From positions 67,452 through 131,451 of the forward strand of contig CAWHIM010000008.1 in assembly GCA_963829245.1 (NCBI GenBank): a stretch of DNA of 64,000 nt. The letters run 5' to 3'. This DNA is from an uncultured bacterium. GTDB lineage: Bacteria; Desulfobacterota; Deferrimicrobia; Deferrimicrobiales; Deferrimicrobiaceae. Shown here one piece after another: positions 18,632 through 28,845 of the stretch (the stretch's first letter is position 1; the number at the start of each line of letters is the position of its first letter). The position numbers were made by a program, and so were the translations under genes. The notes below the pieces were generated by a model. That model made no database searches and was not told where the DNA came from. It saw nothing but the letters and a program-made list of their open reading frames with translations.

Positions 18632-20353
18632 ATGAGCGTCGATATCAACATCCGTATCTCGGGCGGCGCCGGACAGGGAGTTCACACGGCGGGAGCGTTC
18701 CTCTCCCGCATGGCCGTGGCATCGGGATACCACTTCCACTCGATCCAGGATTACATGAGCCGCATCCGCGGCGGTAGAAACTCCTTCTCCGTGCGCATCA
18801 TGGACGCCCCGGTCCGCGCGGGCCGGGCGGAAGCGGACATCCTCCTTGCCCTCGACCCCGCGCACCTTTCCCACTTCCTGCCCGGGCTCCACGGGCAAGG
18901 GTTTGCCCTGACGGATCTCCCGGACGGGAGCGGGCCGGATAAAGTCCTGGCCGCGCCGCTGAAGGAACTTGCGGCCTCCGCGGGGAGCCCGATCCTCGGC
19001 AACATGGTGGGGGCGGGGATCGTCGCCTTTGCCCTGGGCGTTCCACTTGCTATCCCGGATCGGCTCCTCGCCATCGATTTCCGCGGCGAGTTTCTCGAAA
19101 AGAACCGGAAGGCGATCCGGTTGGGGGCCGAATGGGCTTCGGGGCGCGTCGCCGGGACATTCCGCCTTCCCGCGGCGCCGTTCCGTCCCCGCCTGATCCT
19201 CTCGGGAAACGAAGCCCTCGCTCTCGGCGCGGTGGCGGGAGGGTGCAAGTTCGCCGCGGGGTACCCGATGACCCCGGGGAGCGGCATTCTTCTCGGGCTC
19301 TCGTCCGACGGTCCCCCGCTCGGTCTGGTCTTCGAACAGGCGGAGGACGAGATCGCGGCCCTCAACATGGCGATCGGCGCTTCCTACACGGGAGCGCGCG
19401 CGATGGTGGCAACCTCCGGCGGCGGCTTCGCACTGATGGTGGAAGCCCTTTCCCTTGCGGGAATGTTGGAGACGCCGGTGGTGATCGCCTTGGGGATGCG
19501 TCCCGGCCCCGCCACGGGAATGCCCACGCGCACCGGCCAGGAAGATTTGGAATTCGCCCTCTCCGCCGGGCACGGGGAATTTCCCCGCCTGGTCCTCGCC
19601 CCCGGTTCGGTGGAAGAGGCGTATGCCCTCGCGTTCCACGCCATGGAAATGGCGGAAGAGCACCAGGTGCCCTGCATAATCCTTACCGACCAGTACCTCG
19701 CGGACATGGCCGTGGACATCGACCCGGAGGCCCTCGCAGTGGTCCCGGTCCATCGACGGATCGTCCACGGGAACGATGTACCGCGCAACCCGGACGGGAG
19801 GTACCTCCGGTTCGCCATCACGGCGAGCGGCGTATCGCCGATGGCGGTTCCGGGGGAGCCCGGGATCACCGTCGTGGCCGACAGCGACGAGCACGGCGAG
19901 GACGGCCACCTGACGGAAGACCACGGCATCCGCGTCCGCATGGTGGAGAAGCGGGCGCGAAAAGAGCAAGGCCTCGAGGCAGCGGGGCTTCCGCCGCTGC
20001 TGACCGGGCCGCCGGACGGAGAGGCGGCGCTCGTCGGATTCGGCTCTACAAAGGGCGTGATCGCCGAGGCGAGGGAGATCCTCGCCCGCGAGGGGGTGTC
20101 CGTCGCCGCGGTGCACCTGCGGCAGGTCTGGCCGTTTCCCGCCGCAGCGGTCGAGGAGATACTCTCCCGCTACGGGACGACGCTGACCGTGGAAAACAAC
20201 CGGCGCGGGCAGCTGGCAAGGCTCATCCGGAGGGAGACGGGGAAGGAGGTTTTCGGGACAGTGTCGCGCTTTGACGGGCTTCCGTTTACGCCCGAAGAAG
20301 TCGCCCGGGAGGTCAAGGAGAGGGTATGGGCGGAACGTTCGACACGGCGATAG
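18632..20353 (+). CDS. korA: 2-oxoacid:ferredoxin oxidoreductase, fused gamma-alpha subunit
   Basis: ORF 18488-20353 trimmed to ATG 18632. Gamma-type N-terminus IRISGGAGQGVHTAG, then an alpha domain LSGNEALALGAVAGGCKFAAGYPMTPGS. Confidence 0.8.
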   Translation: MSVDINIRISGGAGQGVHTAGAFLSRMAVASGYHFHSIQDYMSRIRGGRNSFSVRIMDAPVRAGRAEADILLALDPAHLSHFLPGLHGQGFALTDLPDGSGPDKVLAAPLKELAASAGSPILGNMVGAGIVAFALGVPLAIPDRLLAIDFRGEFLEKNRKAIRLGAEWASGRVAGTFRLPAAPFRPRLILSGNEALALGAVAGGCKFAAGYPMTPGSGILLGLSSDGPPLGLVFEQAEDEIAALNMAIGASYTGARAMVATSGGGFALMVEALSLAGMLETPVVIALGMRPGPATGMPTRTGQEDLEFALSAGHGEFPRLVLAPGSVEEAYALAFHAMEMAEEHQVPCIILTDQYLADMAVDIDPEALAVVPVHRRIVHGNDVPRNPDGRYLRFAITASGVSPMAVPGEPGITVVADSDEHGEDGHLTEDHGIRVRMVEKRARKEQGLEAAGLPPLLTGPPDGEAALVGFGSTKGVIAEAREILAREGVSVAAVHLRQVWPFPAAAVEEILSRYGTTLTVENNRRGQLARLIRRETGKEVFGTVSRFDGLPFTPEEVAREVKERVWAERSTRR

Positions 20354-21186
20354 AGACTGCCTGGTGCCCCGGTTGCGGGAACTTCTCGATCCTCGCTGCG
20401 GTAAAGAAGGCCCTGGAGCGCACGGGAAAGGGGAAGCACGAGATCGTCCTGGTCTCGGGGATCGGACAGGCGGCGAAGCTGCCGCACTACGTGGACGTGA
20501 ACGTCTTCAATGGCCTCCACGGTCGCGCTCTCCCGGCGGCGCTCGCGATCAAGATGGCGAACCCTTCCCTCGAGGTGGTGGTGACCAGCGGTGACGGCGA
20601 TCTCTATGGCGAGGGGGGGAACCACTTCGTCCACAACATCCGGCGCAACCCGGACATCGCCGTCTTTGTCCACGACAACCAGGTATATGGTCTCACCAAG
20701 GGGCAACCGTCGCCCACGAGCGATCCCGGCTGGACCGGTTCGCTGCAGCGGGCGGGCGTGATCTCCGGACCCTTCCCGCCCCTCGCCGTGGCGATCGCGC
20801 TCGGCTGCGGATTCGTGGCGCGGGCGCTTGCTCCGGACGTGGATCACACGGCGGAGTTGATGTACCAGGCGATCGCACACAAGGGATTCGCCCTCGTGGA
20901 CATCCTCCAGCCATGCGTCACCTTCAACAAGAAGAACACCTACCAGTGGTACGGGGAAAAGACGTACAGGGTGCCGCCGGAGCATGACCCTGCCGACCGG
21001 GAACGCGCTTTCGCCCTGTCGCTTTCGTGGGAAGAGAGAATACCGGTGGGTATCCTTTACCGGCGGGAGCGGCCCTGTTTCGAAGAGGTGCACCCCGGGG
21101 TAGGGGAACCGCCGTTACACGCCCGTGAAACTCCGGAAGATGCGGTCCGGGCGCTGATCGGGAAACGGGTGCTCACCCTTCCGTAA
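20326..21186 (+). CDS. korB: 2-oxoacid:ferredoxin oxidoreductase, beta (TPP-binding) subunit
   Basis: WCPGCGNFSIL, TSGDGDLYGEGGNH, VHDNQVYGLTKGQ. Overlaps korA by 28 nt. Confidence 0.85.
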   Translation: MGGTFDTAIETAWCPGCGNFSILAAVKKALERTGKGKHEIVLVSGIGQAAKLPHYVDVNVFNGLHGRALPAALAIKMANPSLEVVVTSGDGDLYGEGGNHFVHNIRRNPDIAVFVHDNQVYGLTKGQPSPTSDPGWTGSLQRAGVISGPFPPLAVAIALGCGFVARALAPDVDHTAELMYQAIAHKGFALVDILQPCVTFNKKNTYQWYGEKTYRVPPEHDPADRERAFALSLSWEERIPVGILYRRERPCFEEVHPGVGEPPLHARETPEDAVRALIGKRVLTLP

Positions 21187-21205
21187 CGTTGAACGAAAAA
21201 ATGCG

Positions 21206-22918
<1,713 letters not shown>

Positions 22919-23272
22919 TTACCCGCGGCTTTGACGTGATTCGTTGACCGTCCGTTCGACACTCCCCCTTGCCAAGAATTCGAAATGGAACAGATCATCC
23001 CTTATCCGGGGGTCCAGAATTTCCCAACCAGATCCGTCCAAATCACGATCCGGTTTCGCCCTTCGCACTTCGCCTTGAACAGCGCTTGATCGCTCTGCTC
23101 CAGGAGACGTTCGATCGAAGGTGAGTTTTTCTACTTCGCGGGAAAGCCGTGCGCATTCCAAACGCAATATTTCGATATCCTCTTGTGCCTTGCGCTCCGC
23201 GGCGATCGCCCTCTCGAGTTCCTGTGCGAGTTGCGGATGAACTTGTTCCGCCTTCTCTTCCCGTTGATCCAT
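22919..23272 (-). CDS. Hypothetical protein with a predicted coiled-coil N-terminus
   Basis: This is the only protein-like part of ORF 22919-23755 (MDQREEKAEQVHPQLAQELERAIAAERKAQEDIEILRLECARLSREVEKL...). Alternative ATG at 23284. No family recognised. Lies upstream of malic enzyme on the same strand. Confidence 0.45.
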   Translation of the reverse strand: MDQREEKAEQVHPQLAQELERAIAAERKAQEDIEILRLECARLSREVEKLTFDRTSPGAERSSAVQGEVRRAKPDRDLDGSGWEILDPRIRDDLFHFEFLARGSVERTVNESRQSRG

Positions 23273-23517
23273 GATTGGTATCATGCCGAAAAAGGCTGTT
23301 GTTTGCACGGGATTTGCAGTCCGTGCGGGGTCCTCTCCCAGAGTGCCCGTCATCGTGCGGTACCGCGCGCCAGGTTTATTGCCTGCTCCACCATGATTGC
23401 CATTTGCTCCTGAGGGTGGGCCTCGGAAGCTCCGCCTCCTCCAATTCGTCAGACCAATGGTGGGAAGCGGACAAGAGTGAAAAGAGGCGTCGTCATGGGA
23501 ACAGGGAATAGTGCCGT

Positions 23518-23838
23518 TCAGGCCAGATCCCGTAGCAACGACGTCTGATCCTCCCGCAGCGCCTGGAGGTCTTCCTCGTGCACCACCTCTTCTTGGATCG
23601 GGATGGCGAGGTTGCAGGTCACCGGGTCCATGCCGCTGACTTCCTCGAGCATCGCGTGGTATACGCCGATCTCGGAGCAGAGCCGGCCGATCGCATCTTT
23701 CCGCGACATCCCCGTGATTCCCTCGGCCGCACGGTTGAACGAGGTGATCCGCCATCCCAAGTCGACCGTGAAGACACCGTCGGAGATGCTTTCCGGAATG
23801 GCATCCGTCGGGGTTGGAGCGATCCCGTTTATGCGCAT
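23518..23838 (-). CDS. Short stand-alone PAS-domain protein (possible remnant of a sigma-54-type regulator)
   Basis: AIPESISDGVFTVDLGWRITSFNRAAEGITGMSRKDAIGRLCSEI matches the N-terminal PAS of regulators often found next to DUF134/NifX-like genes. The ORF ends after 106 aa with no AAA+ or HTH part. Confidence 0.6.
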   Translation of the reverse strand: MRINGIAPTPTDAIPESISDGVFTVDLGWRITSFNRAAEGITGMSRKDAIGRLCSEIGVYHAMLEEVSGMDPVTCNLAIPIQEEVVHEEDLQALREDQTSLLRDLA

Positions 23839-23862
23839 ATTTCGTTGAATCGAATTTCGTTG

Positions 23863-23890
23863 TTGACTAATATGAGCATATGTTCATAAT
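23863..23890 (+). promoter_or_regulatory. Candidate sigma-70 promoter for the DUF134 / NifX-like pair
   Basis: TTGACT (23863-23868), a 16-nt spacer, then CATAAT (23885-23890), 20 nt upstream of ATG 23911 in an AT-rich divergent gap. The near-palindrome ATGAGCATATGTTCAT (23872-23887) overlaps it. Confidence 0.45.
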
Positions 23891-23910
23891 AATGCCTGCG
23901 AGGGGATGAT

Positions 23911-24345
23911 ATGTCCAGACCACAATGTTGCCGCCGGGTTGCCGGGAGACCGATCGCGTCCGTGTTCCATCCCGCAGGGATTCCGGTCCGCGAGCTGGAC
24001 GAGATCGTCCTCACGCTCGATGAGTTCGAAGCGATCCGGCTGGCCGATCTGGAAGGGCTGTACCAGGAACAGGCCGCGGAGCGGATGATCGTGTCGCGCC
24101 CGACCTTCGGCCGTATCCTGGCGGCCGCCCACCGCAAGGTCGCCGAGGCGCTGGCCCACGGCAAGACCCTCAAGATCGAAGGCGGAACCATCCGGATGGA
24201 ACGGCTGCGTTCCCTCCGTTGCGAGTGTCCCCGGTGCCGTCCCGCGAGCGGCGTGGTCGGCGATGGGGAGAAAACGGAGCCGATGGATGCAAATGCTCCC
24301 CCTTGCCGCCGCATGCGGCGGAGGATGGGATGCAGGAATGACTGA
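23911..24345 (+). CDS. DUF134 (UPF0251) predicted DNA-binding protein
   Basis: FHPAGIPVRELDEIVLTLDEFEAIRLADLEGLYQEQAAERMIVSRPTFGRIL follows the DUF134 consensus. Cys-rich tail. Confidence 0.8.
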   Translation: MSRPQCCRRVAGRPIASVFHPAGIPVRELDEIVLTLDEFEAIRLADLEGLYQEQAAERMIVSRPTFGRILAAAHRKVAEALAHGKTLKIEGGTIRMERLRSLRCECPRCRPASGVVGDGEKTEPMDANAPPCRRMRRRMGCRND

Positions 24346-24390
24346 GCAGGAGTCCCGCAGCGAACCCTCAACCAAGAAGGAGAAAACATC

Positions 24391-24777
24391 ATGAACATCT
24401 GCATCCCCATCACCCAGGACAACGGCATCCGGAGCCCCGTGAGCCTTCACTTCGGTTCGGCGCCGATCTTCATGGTCGTCGACACGGAAAGCGGAACCTG
24501 CCGGGCCATCACGAACGGCAATCTCCACCATGCCCACGGCATGTGCCAGCCGCTCTCGCAACTCGCGGGGGAAAAGCTGGACGCCATGGTGGTCGGAGGA
24601 ATCGGGATGGGCGCCGTCAGCAAATTTAATGCCGCGAACATCCGCGTCTACTTTTCGGAGCACGCGACGGTCGAGGAGACGGTGGCCGCGTTCAAGTCGG
24701 GAACGTTACGGGAAGTGACTCCGGAGATGGCCTGCGCGGGTCACGGCAACGGGCCTCACGGACACGCCGCACATTGA
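24391..24777 (+). CDS. NifB/NifX-family (dinitrogenase FeMo-cofactor biosynthesis domain) protein
   Basis: HFGSAPIFMVVDTESG, HHAHGMC and DAMVVGGIGMGAVSKFNAANIRVY are typical of PF02579 small proteins. Confidence 0.75.
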   Translation: MNICIPITQDNGIRSPVSLHFGSAPIFMVVDTESGTCRAITNGNLHHAHGMCQPLSQLAGEKLDAMVVGGIGMGAVSKFNAANIRVYFSEHATVEETVAAFKSGTLREVTPEMACAGHGNGPHGHAAH

Positions 24778-24843
24778 AAGCGGTCCCCACGGGACTCGAA
24801 AACCACCGTATTTAAGAACTGAAACGCTTCCTATAACCAGGGG

Positions 24844-24889
24844 GGGGGTAGCGGATTATTGCCGCGCACCGCAATAATCCGCTACCCCC
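24844..24889. repeat. Perfect 19-bp inverted repeat (stem-loop, 8-nt loop) between the NifX-like gene and the crotonase gene
   Basis: GGGGGTAGCGGATTATTGC (24844-24862), loop cgcgcacc, then GCAATAATCCGCTACCCCC (24871-24889). No T-tract follows on either strand. Confidence 0.85.
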
Positions 24890-24943
24890 TCATGTATCAT
24901 GGAACAGGATTATATTTCGCGCGAGCCCCCAAAGGAGGGCACC

Positions 24944-25720
24944 ATGGAGGCGGAACCGATCCTCACCAAGAAACTGGGTCGAATCGGTGTGGTCACCCTG
25001 AATCGGCCCGAAGCCAAGAACACATTTACCGTACCGTTTGCCGACCAGCTTGACCAGGCGCTTTGGACCATGGATCAGGACCCGGAGGTCCTGGTCGTCG
25101 TGATCAACGCCAACGGGAAACATTTTTCGACAGGGATCTCTCTGGATCAGTTTCACCACGGATCTCAACGGGAGTACCGTGATTTTCTCTACCGGATCGA
25201 TGCGTTTTATCACCGGTTGGCCCGGATGAAAAAAGTCACCATTGCGTCCGTGCGGGGGTATGCGCTGGCCAATGGCGCCGGGCTGTCCACCGCATGCGAT
25301 ATAACAGTCGCCTCCGAAACGGCCACCTTCGGAACCACCGCGATCAACGTCGGACTGATCTGTCTCGGCCCCGCCGCGCCCATGATAAAGATTCTCGGGC
25401 GCAAAAAAACGCTGGAAATGGTGTTGACCGGCGACATGATCGGCGCGAGGGAAGCGGAAAGACTCGGCCTGGTGAACCGCGTTGTGCCTGACGATCAACT
25501 GGAAGCGGCGACGATGGAACTGGCGGAAAAACTGGCCGCGAAAAGCCCGCTGGCGCTGAGAATCGGCAAGGAAGGGATCAACCGGCTGCAGGATGTCCCG
25601 TACCACCAGGGATTGGACGCCATGGATGATCTGTTCGCCACCCTCTGTTCCACGGAAGATGCCGTGGAAGGGGTGCAGTCATTTCTCGGTAAAAGAGCTC
25701 CGACATGGAAGGAGCGATGA
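24944..25720 (+). CDS. Enoyl-CoA hydratase/isomerase (crotonase) family protein
   Basis: ORF 24899-25720 trimmed to ATG 24944 (SD AAGGAGGG 6 nt upstream). GVVTLNRPEAKN, VRGYALANGAGLSTACD, GLVNRVVP. Confidence 0.85.
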   Translation: MEAEPILTKKLGRIGVVTLNRPEAKNTFTVPFADQLDQALWTMDQDPEVLVVVINANGKHFSTGISLDQFHHGSQREYRDFLYRIDAFYHRLARMKKVTIASVRGYALANGAGLSTACDITVASETATFGTTAINVGLICLGPAAPMIKILGRKKTLEMVLTGDMIGAREAERLGLVNRVVPDDQLEAATMELAEKLAAKSPLALRIGKEGINRLQDVPYHQGLDAMDDLFATLCSTEDAVEGVQSFLGKRAPTWKER

Positions 25721-25807
25721 TGGATCCTTCCGCTTACGGAATAAAAGTGTTTCCCTGAGGGAGCGCCAGCTTGGGATGGAGTCACAGACTGGAGGAGGGT
25801 CGAGACA

Positions 25808-26662
25808 ATGACGCTATCGATCCGCACGATAGTATGCCCGGTGGATATGAGCCCGGCTTCCCGGATCGTCCTGCGCTGGGCAGGATTATTCGCCAAGGTT
25901 TTCGACGCGAAAGTGAAGGTATTGCATGCCGAATCCCTGGATCCGCCCCGCTACTTCACGCCGTCGCAACTGGAGTCGCTGGCCGCCCGGACGGAGGCGA
26001 ACAGGGCGATTTTGCGCGAGGAATTGCTCCAACGAACACGCGAGGTTTTCCCTCCGGGCGTATCGTGTGACGTGGTTGTGGCGGAGGGGCATCCCGTTTC
26101 CGTGATCCTCCGGCACGCCGCTGTGGAGCCGCCCGACCTGATGGTGCTGGGAAGCCACGGCCGCAGCGGAGTGGCCCGCCTTCTTCTGGGCTCGGTGGCT
26201 GAAAACGTAGTGAGGGAAGCGACCTGTTTTACGCTCATCGTCCGGGGCGCGGAAGGCGTGCCTCCGGGCGTCAAGCGGGTGCTCTGCCCGGTGAATTTCA
26301 CGGATCTTGCTCGCCGGTGCCTGGAGGTGTCCTCGGCCGTGACCGTTGCCTTCAAGGCCAAAATGGACGTCGCCCACACGGTCGAAACCAGGAGCAGCGA
26401 GCCGGAAGAGGAATATCAGCGTCTCTGCCGATGGGTTCCTGACGAGACCCGGGAGCGCTGCGATCTGGTCGAAATCGTTCGCGAGGGCGCGGCGGCGGAA
26501 CAAATCGTGCTCCTGGCGCGCGAGCATGCGGCCGACTTGATCGTCCTCGGTGCCCAGCACAACCCCTTTCTGGAGTTCACCACCCTTGGCACCACCACCG
26601 AACGAGTCATCCGACACAGCCCTTGCTCCGTACTACTGGTGCCCGGGAAGGATTCGCGTTGA
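25808..26662 (+). CDS. Universal stress protein, tandem UspA domains
   Basis: Two Usp repeats (LMVLGSHGRSGVARLLLGSVAENVVREATC, LIVLGAQHNPFLEFTTLGTTTERVIRHSPCSVLLV). Paralogue of 12570-13451. Confidence 0.8.
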   Translation: MTLSIRTIVCPVDMSPASRIVLRWAGLFAKVFDAKVKVLHAESLDPPRYFTPSQLESLAARTEANRAILREELLQRTREVFPPGVSCDVVVAEGHPVSVILRHAAVEPPDLMVLGSHGRSGVARLLLGSVAENVVREATCFTLIVRGAEGVPPGVKRVLCPVNFTDLARRCLEVSSAVTVAFKAKMDVAHTVETRSSEPEEEYQRLCRWVPDETRERCDLVEIVREGAAAEQIVLLAREHAADLIVLGAQHNPFLEFTTLGTTTERVIRHSPCSVLLVPGKDSR

Positions 26663-26676
26663 ACTGCGACACCCGC

Positions 26677-27147
26677 CTACTCGCCGAGAAAAGTCTCCGG
26701 CATCTGGACGGCCACGATTTCTCCTCGTGCGGTGGCCACTCCTTCGGCATATACCGTCGCTTCGACGATGACCTTCCGGCCTTTGATTTCCTTCACCCGT
26801 CCGCGAATCTCCAACTCGCCGCCTAACGGGGTCGGTTTCAGAAAATCCACCTTCAGCGAAGCGGTCACGAAGCGAAAGGGCGGTTCGCTGTCCATCGCGC
26901 GTCCCTCGACGCGGTACATCGCGGCGGCGGCGGTCCCCGTTCCGTGGCAGTCGATCAGCGACGCGATCAATCCGCCGTACACGTAGCCGGGAATGGCCGT
27001 ATGGAACGCCTCGGGACGGAAGCGCGTGACGGTCTCGTCCTCCTCCCAATGCGTTTTTATCCGGTAGCCATGCGCGTTCAAACTCCCGCAGCCGTAGCAA
27101 TGCGCCACGTTGTCGGGGTAGTAATCCTGAAATGCTTTCTCCGTCAT
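26677..27147 (-). CDS. PaaI-family (hotdog-fold) thioesterase
   Basis: ORF 26677-27252 trimmed to ATG 27147 (SD GGAGGA). HCYGCG near the N-terminus, then GYVYGGLIASLIDCHGTG and KVDFLKPTPLGGELEIRGRV. Confidence 0.75.
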   Translation of the reverse strand: MTEKAFQDYYPDNVAHCYGCGSLNAHGYRIKTHWEEDETVTRFRPEAFHTAIPGYVYGGLIASLIDCHGTGTAAAAMYRVEGRAMDSEPPFRFVTASLKVDFLKPTPLGGELEIRGRVKEIKGRKVIVEATVYAEGVATARGEIVAVQMPETFLGE

Positions 27148-27168
27148 GAGTCCTCCGGAAATGACATG

Positions 27169-27201
27169 AAAAAGGGGACTCCCCCGTGGAGGGAGTTCCC
27201 C
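27169..27201 (-). terminator. Rho-independent terminator closing the hdr/qmo-like operon
   Basis: The minus strand reads GGGGAACTCCC-tccac-GGGGGAGTCCCC followed by TTTTT (plus-strand A5 at 27169-27173). It lies 62 nt after the dsrE-like stop. Confidence 0.65.
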
Positions 27202-27262
27202 GTTCCCGTACCGTTTTCGTCCTTTCTCCCGCGGGATCAGGACGGACCCCAAGCCGGGGGCG

Positions 27263-27637
27263 TCAGTAGTTCAGTACGGCCTTCGCCTCGAGGCACTCCT
27301 GGACGACCCGGGCGGCCGCGATCAGCGACGCGCTACCGACCAGCGTCTCCGGGGCGATGTTCCGTCCCTTGATGCAGGGCGTGCAGAGAAGAATCTGCCC
27401 CCCCTGGGCAAAATAACTCGCAATCAGATCCTTCAGTGGAGGGAAACCGATCCCCTGGACGTTCTCGCCTGCTCCCTTCACCGCAAGGGTCACCGCGTTC
27501 CCTTGCAGGATGACGGTGGTCTTGACATCCATGGCCAACGCGGCGTTCGCCACCACGAACGGCAAGGTCGCCCGATCCGGATCCTCCCCGCCGTGTGTGC
27601 CGATGACGACGATCTTCTCCTCTTTTCCTTCCGCCAT
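27263..27637 (-). CDS. DsrE/DsrF-family sulfur-relay protein
   Basis: ORF 27263-27736 trimmed to ATG 27637 (SD AAGGAGGG). IVVIGTHGGEDPDRATLPFVVANAAL and Cys motif LLCTPCIKGR. Confidence 0.7.
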   Translation of the reverse strand: MAEGKEEKIVVIGTHGGEDPDRATLPFVVANAALAMDVKTTVILQGNAVTLAVKGAGENVQGIGFPPLKDLIASYFAQGGQILLCTPCIKGRNIAPETLVGSASLIAAARVVQECLEAKAVLNY

Positions 27638-27701
27638 TTCAACCCTCCTTGTGGAATGTGTGGAACAACGGCATCCGATTCCCCCGGAGCGCGACCAGGC
27701 C

Positions 27702-28835
27702 TCACGCCGCGCGTTCGGTTCCCCGGGCGGCGGCATCCGCCGCCCCTTGCGTCACCGCGGCCAGGTAGGCCGCGAAAGGCCGGTAGAACATGTGCCCCCA
27801 CTTGCCGAAGGGCACCTCCACGACAAGCATCGGGACCACGATGGCCATGTGTACCACATAGGTGGAATACGTCGCGAGCGGAAGGCCCGAGAGACGGAAC
27901 ACGTGGACCAGGATCCCGGTGAGCGCCACCAGGAACAGCAGGACCAGGAACACCCAGTCGGTGGGCTCGGAGAATTTATGGATGTTGTCCCGTTTGCGCA
28001 GTCGGCCCAGGAGGAAGTCTCCGGTCACGTACAGAAGGGCCGCGGTGGCGTAGTACCCCAGCAGGCGGGTGGGGTGATAGAAGGGGACGATCTCATCGGT
28101 CTGGAACCACCGGAGAAACACGATGACGAGGACCATCATCGTGACGTACCCGGTGACCAGCAGGAAATGCTTGAGCCACCGGGTGTTCGGTCCTTCGCAT
28201 TCCCGCCACTTTTTCTGCGTCGCGAAGTGCTCGAAAAACGCGGGCAGCTTGCGCAGGTACAGCGAAAAGGGGACGTCTCCCCCCTTCCCCGCGCCCATCA
28301 CCCAGCGGGACATCCGCCACCCGTTGGAGAGAAGGAGGAAGACCAGGATGCCGCCCATGATCCAGTCGCCGATCTCGACCCATTTCACGGGGGCGAAGGT
28401 GTTGAGCTCCACGTGGTCCGTCACCACGGGACCGTGGAAGAGGGCGAAAAGGGCGACGACGAAAAGACCGACCAGCCCGATCGCCCCGATCTCCCACGCA
28501 GGCGAGGTGTAGAACTTCTTCCCCAGGCCCGTCCAATCGTACATCCCCGTGAGGTACCGGCGTGCCGCCATCATGGTCTCGGCAGGGTTCGCTTCCCGGG
28601 GGCAGGTATCGGAACATTCACCGCAGTAATAGCAGAGCCAAGGTTCGAGAGATCCGGCGAGCTTCCCTCGGTGCCCCACCTGCAGGAGATGGATCATCCG
28701 GCGGGGAAACCCCCCCGCCTCCTGGGACTGGGGGCAGATGGCCGTGCAGTTGCCGCAGTTCATGCACGCCGTGATGTCTCCGCCGCCGAACTTCGCGACA
28801 TCCCTGTACAACCCCGGTGTCACCCGAACGCCCAT
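27702..28835 (-). CDS. QmoC-like subunit: HdrC-type 2x[4Fe-4S] domain fused to an HdrE/NarI-like membrane cytochrome b domain
   Basis: ORF 27702-28907 trimmed to ATG 28835. CMNCGNCTAICP and CYYCGECSDTCP, followed by about six hydrophobic helices bearing conserved-looking His residues. Confidence 0.7.
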   Translation of the reverse strand: MGVRVTPGLYRDVAKFGGGDITACMNCGNCTAICPQSQEAGGFPRRMIHLLQVGHRGKLAGSLEPWLCYYCGECSDTCPREANPAETMMAARRYLTGMYDWTGLGKKFYTSPAWEIGAIGLVGLFVVALFALFHGPVVTDHVELNTFAPVKWVEIGDWIMGGILVFLLLSNGWRMSRWVMGAGKGGDVPFSLYLRKLPAFFEHFATQKKWRECEGPNTRWLKHFLLVTGYVTMMVLVIVFLRWFQTDEIVPFYHPTRLLGYYATAALLYVTGDFLLGRLRKRDNIHKFSEPTDWVFLVLLFLVALTGILVHVFRLSGLPLATYSTYVVHMAIVVPMLVVEVPFGKWGHMFYRPFAAYLAAVTQGAADAAARGTERAA

Positions 28836-28845
28836 CTCCCCCCCT

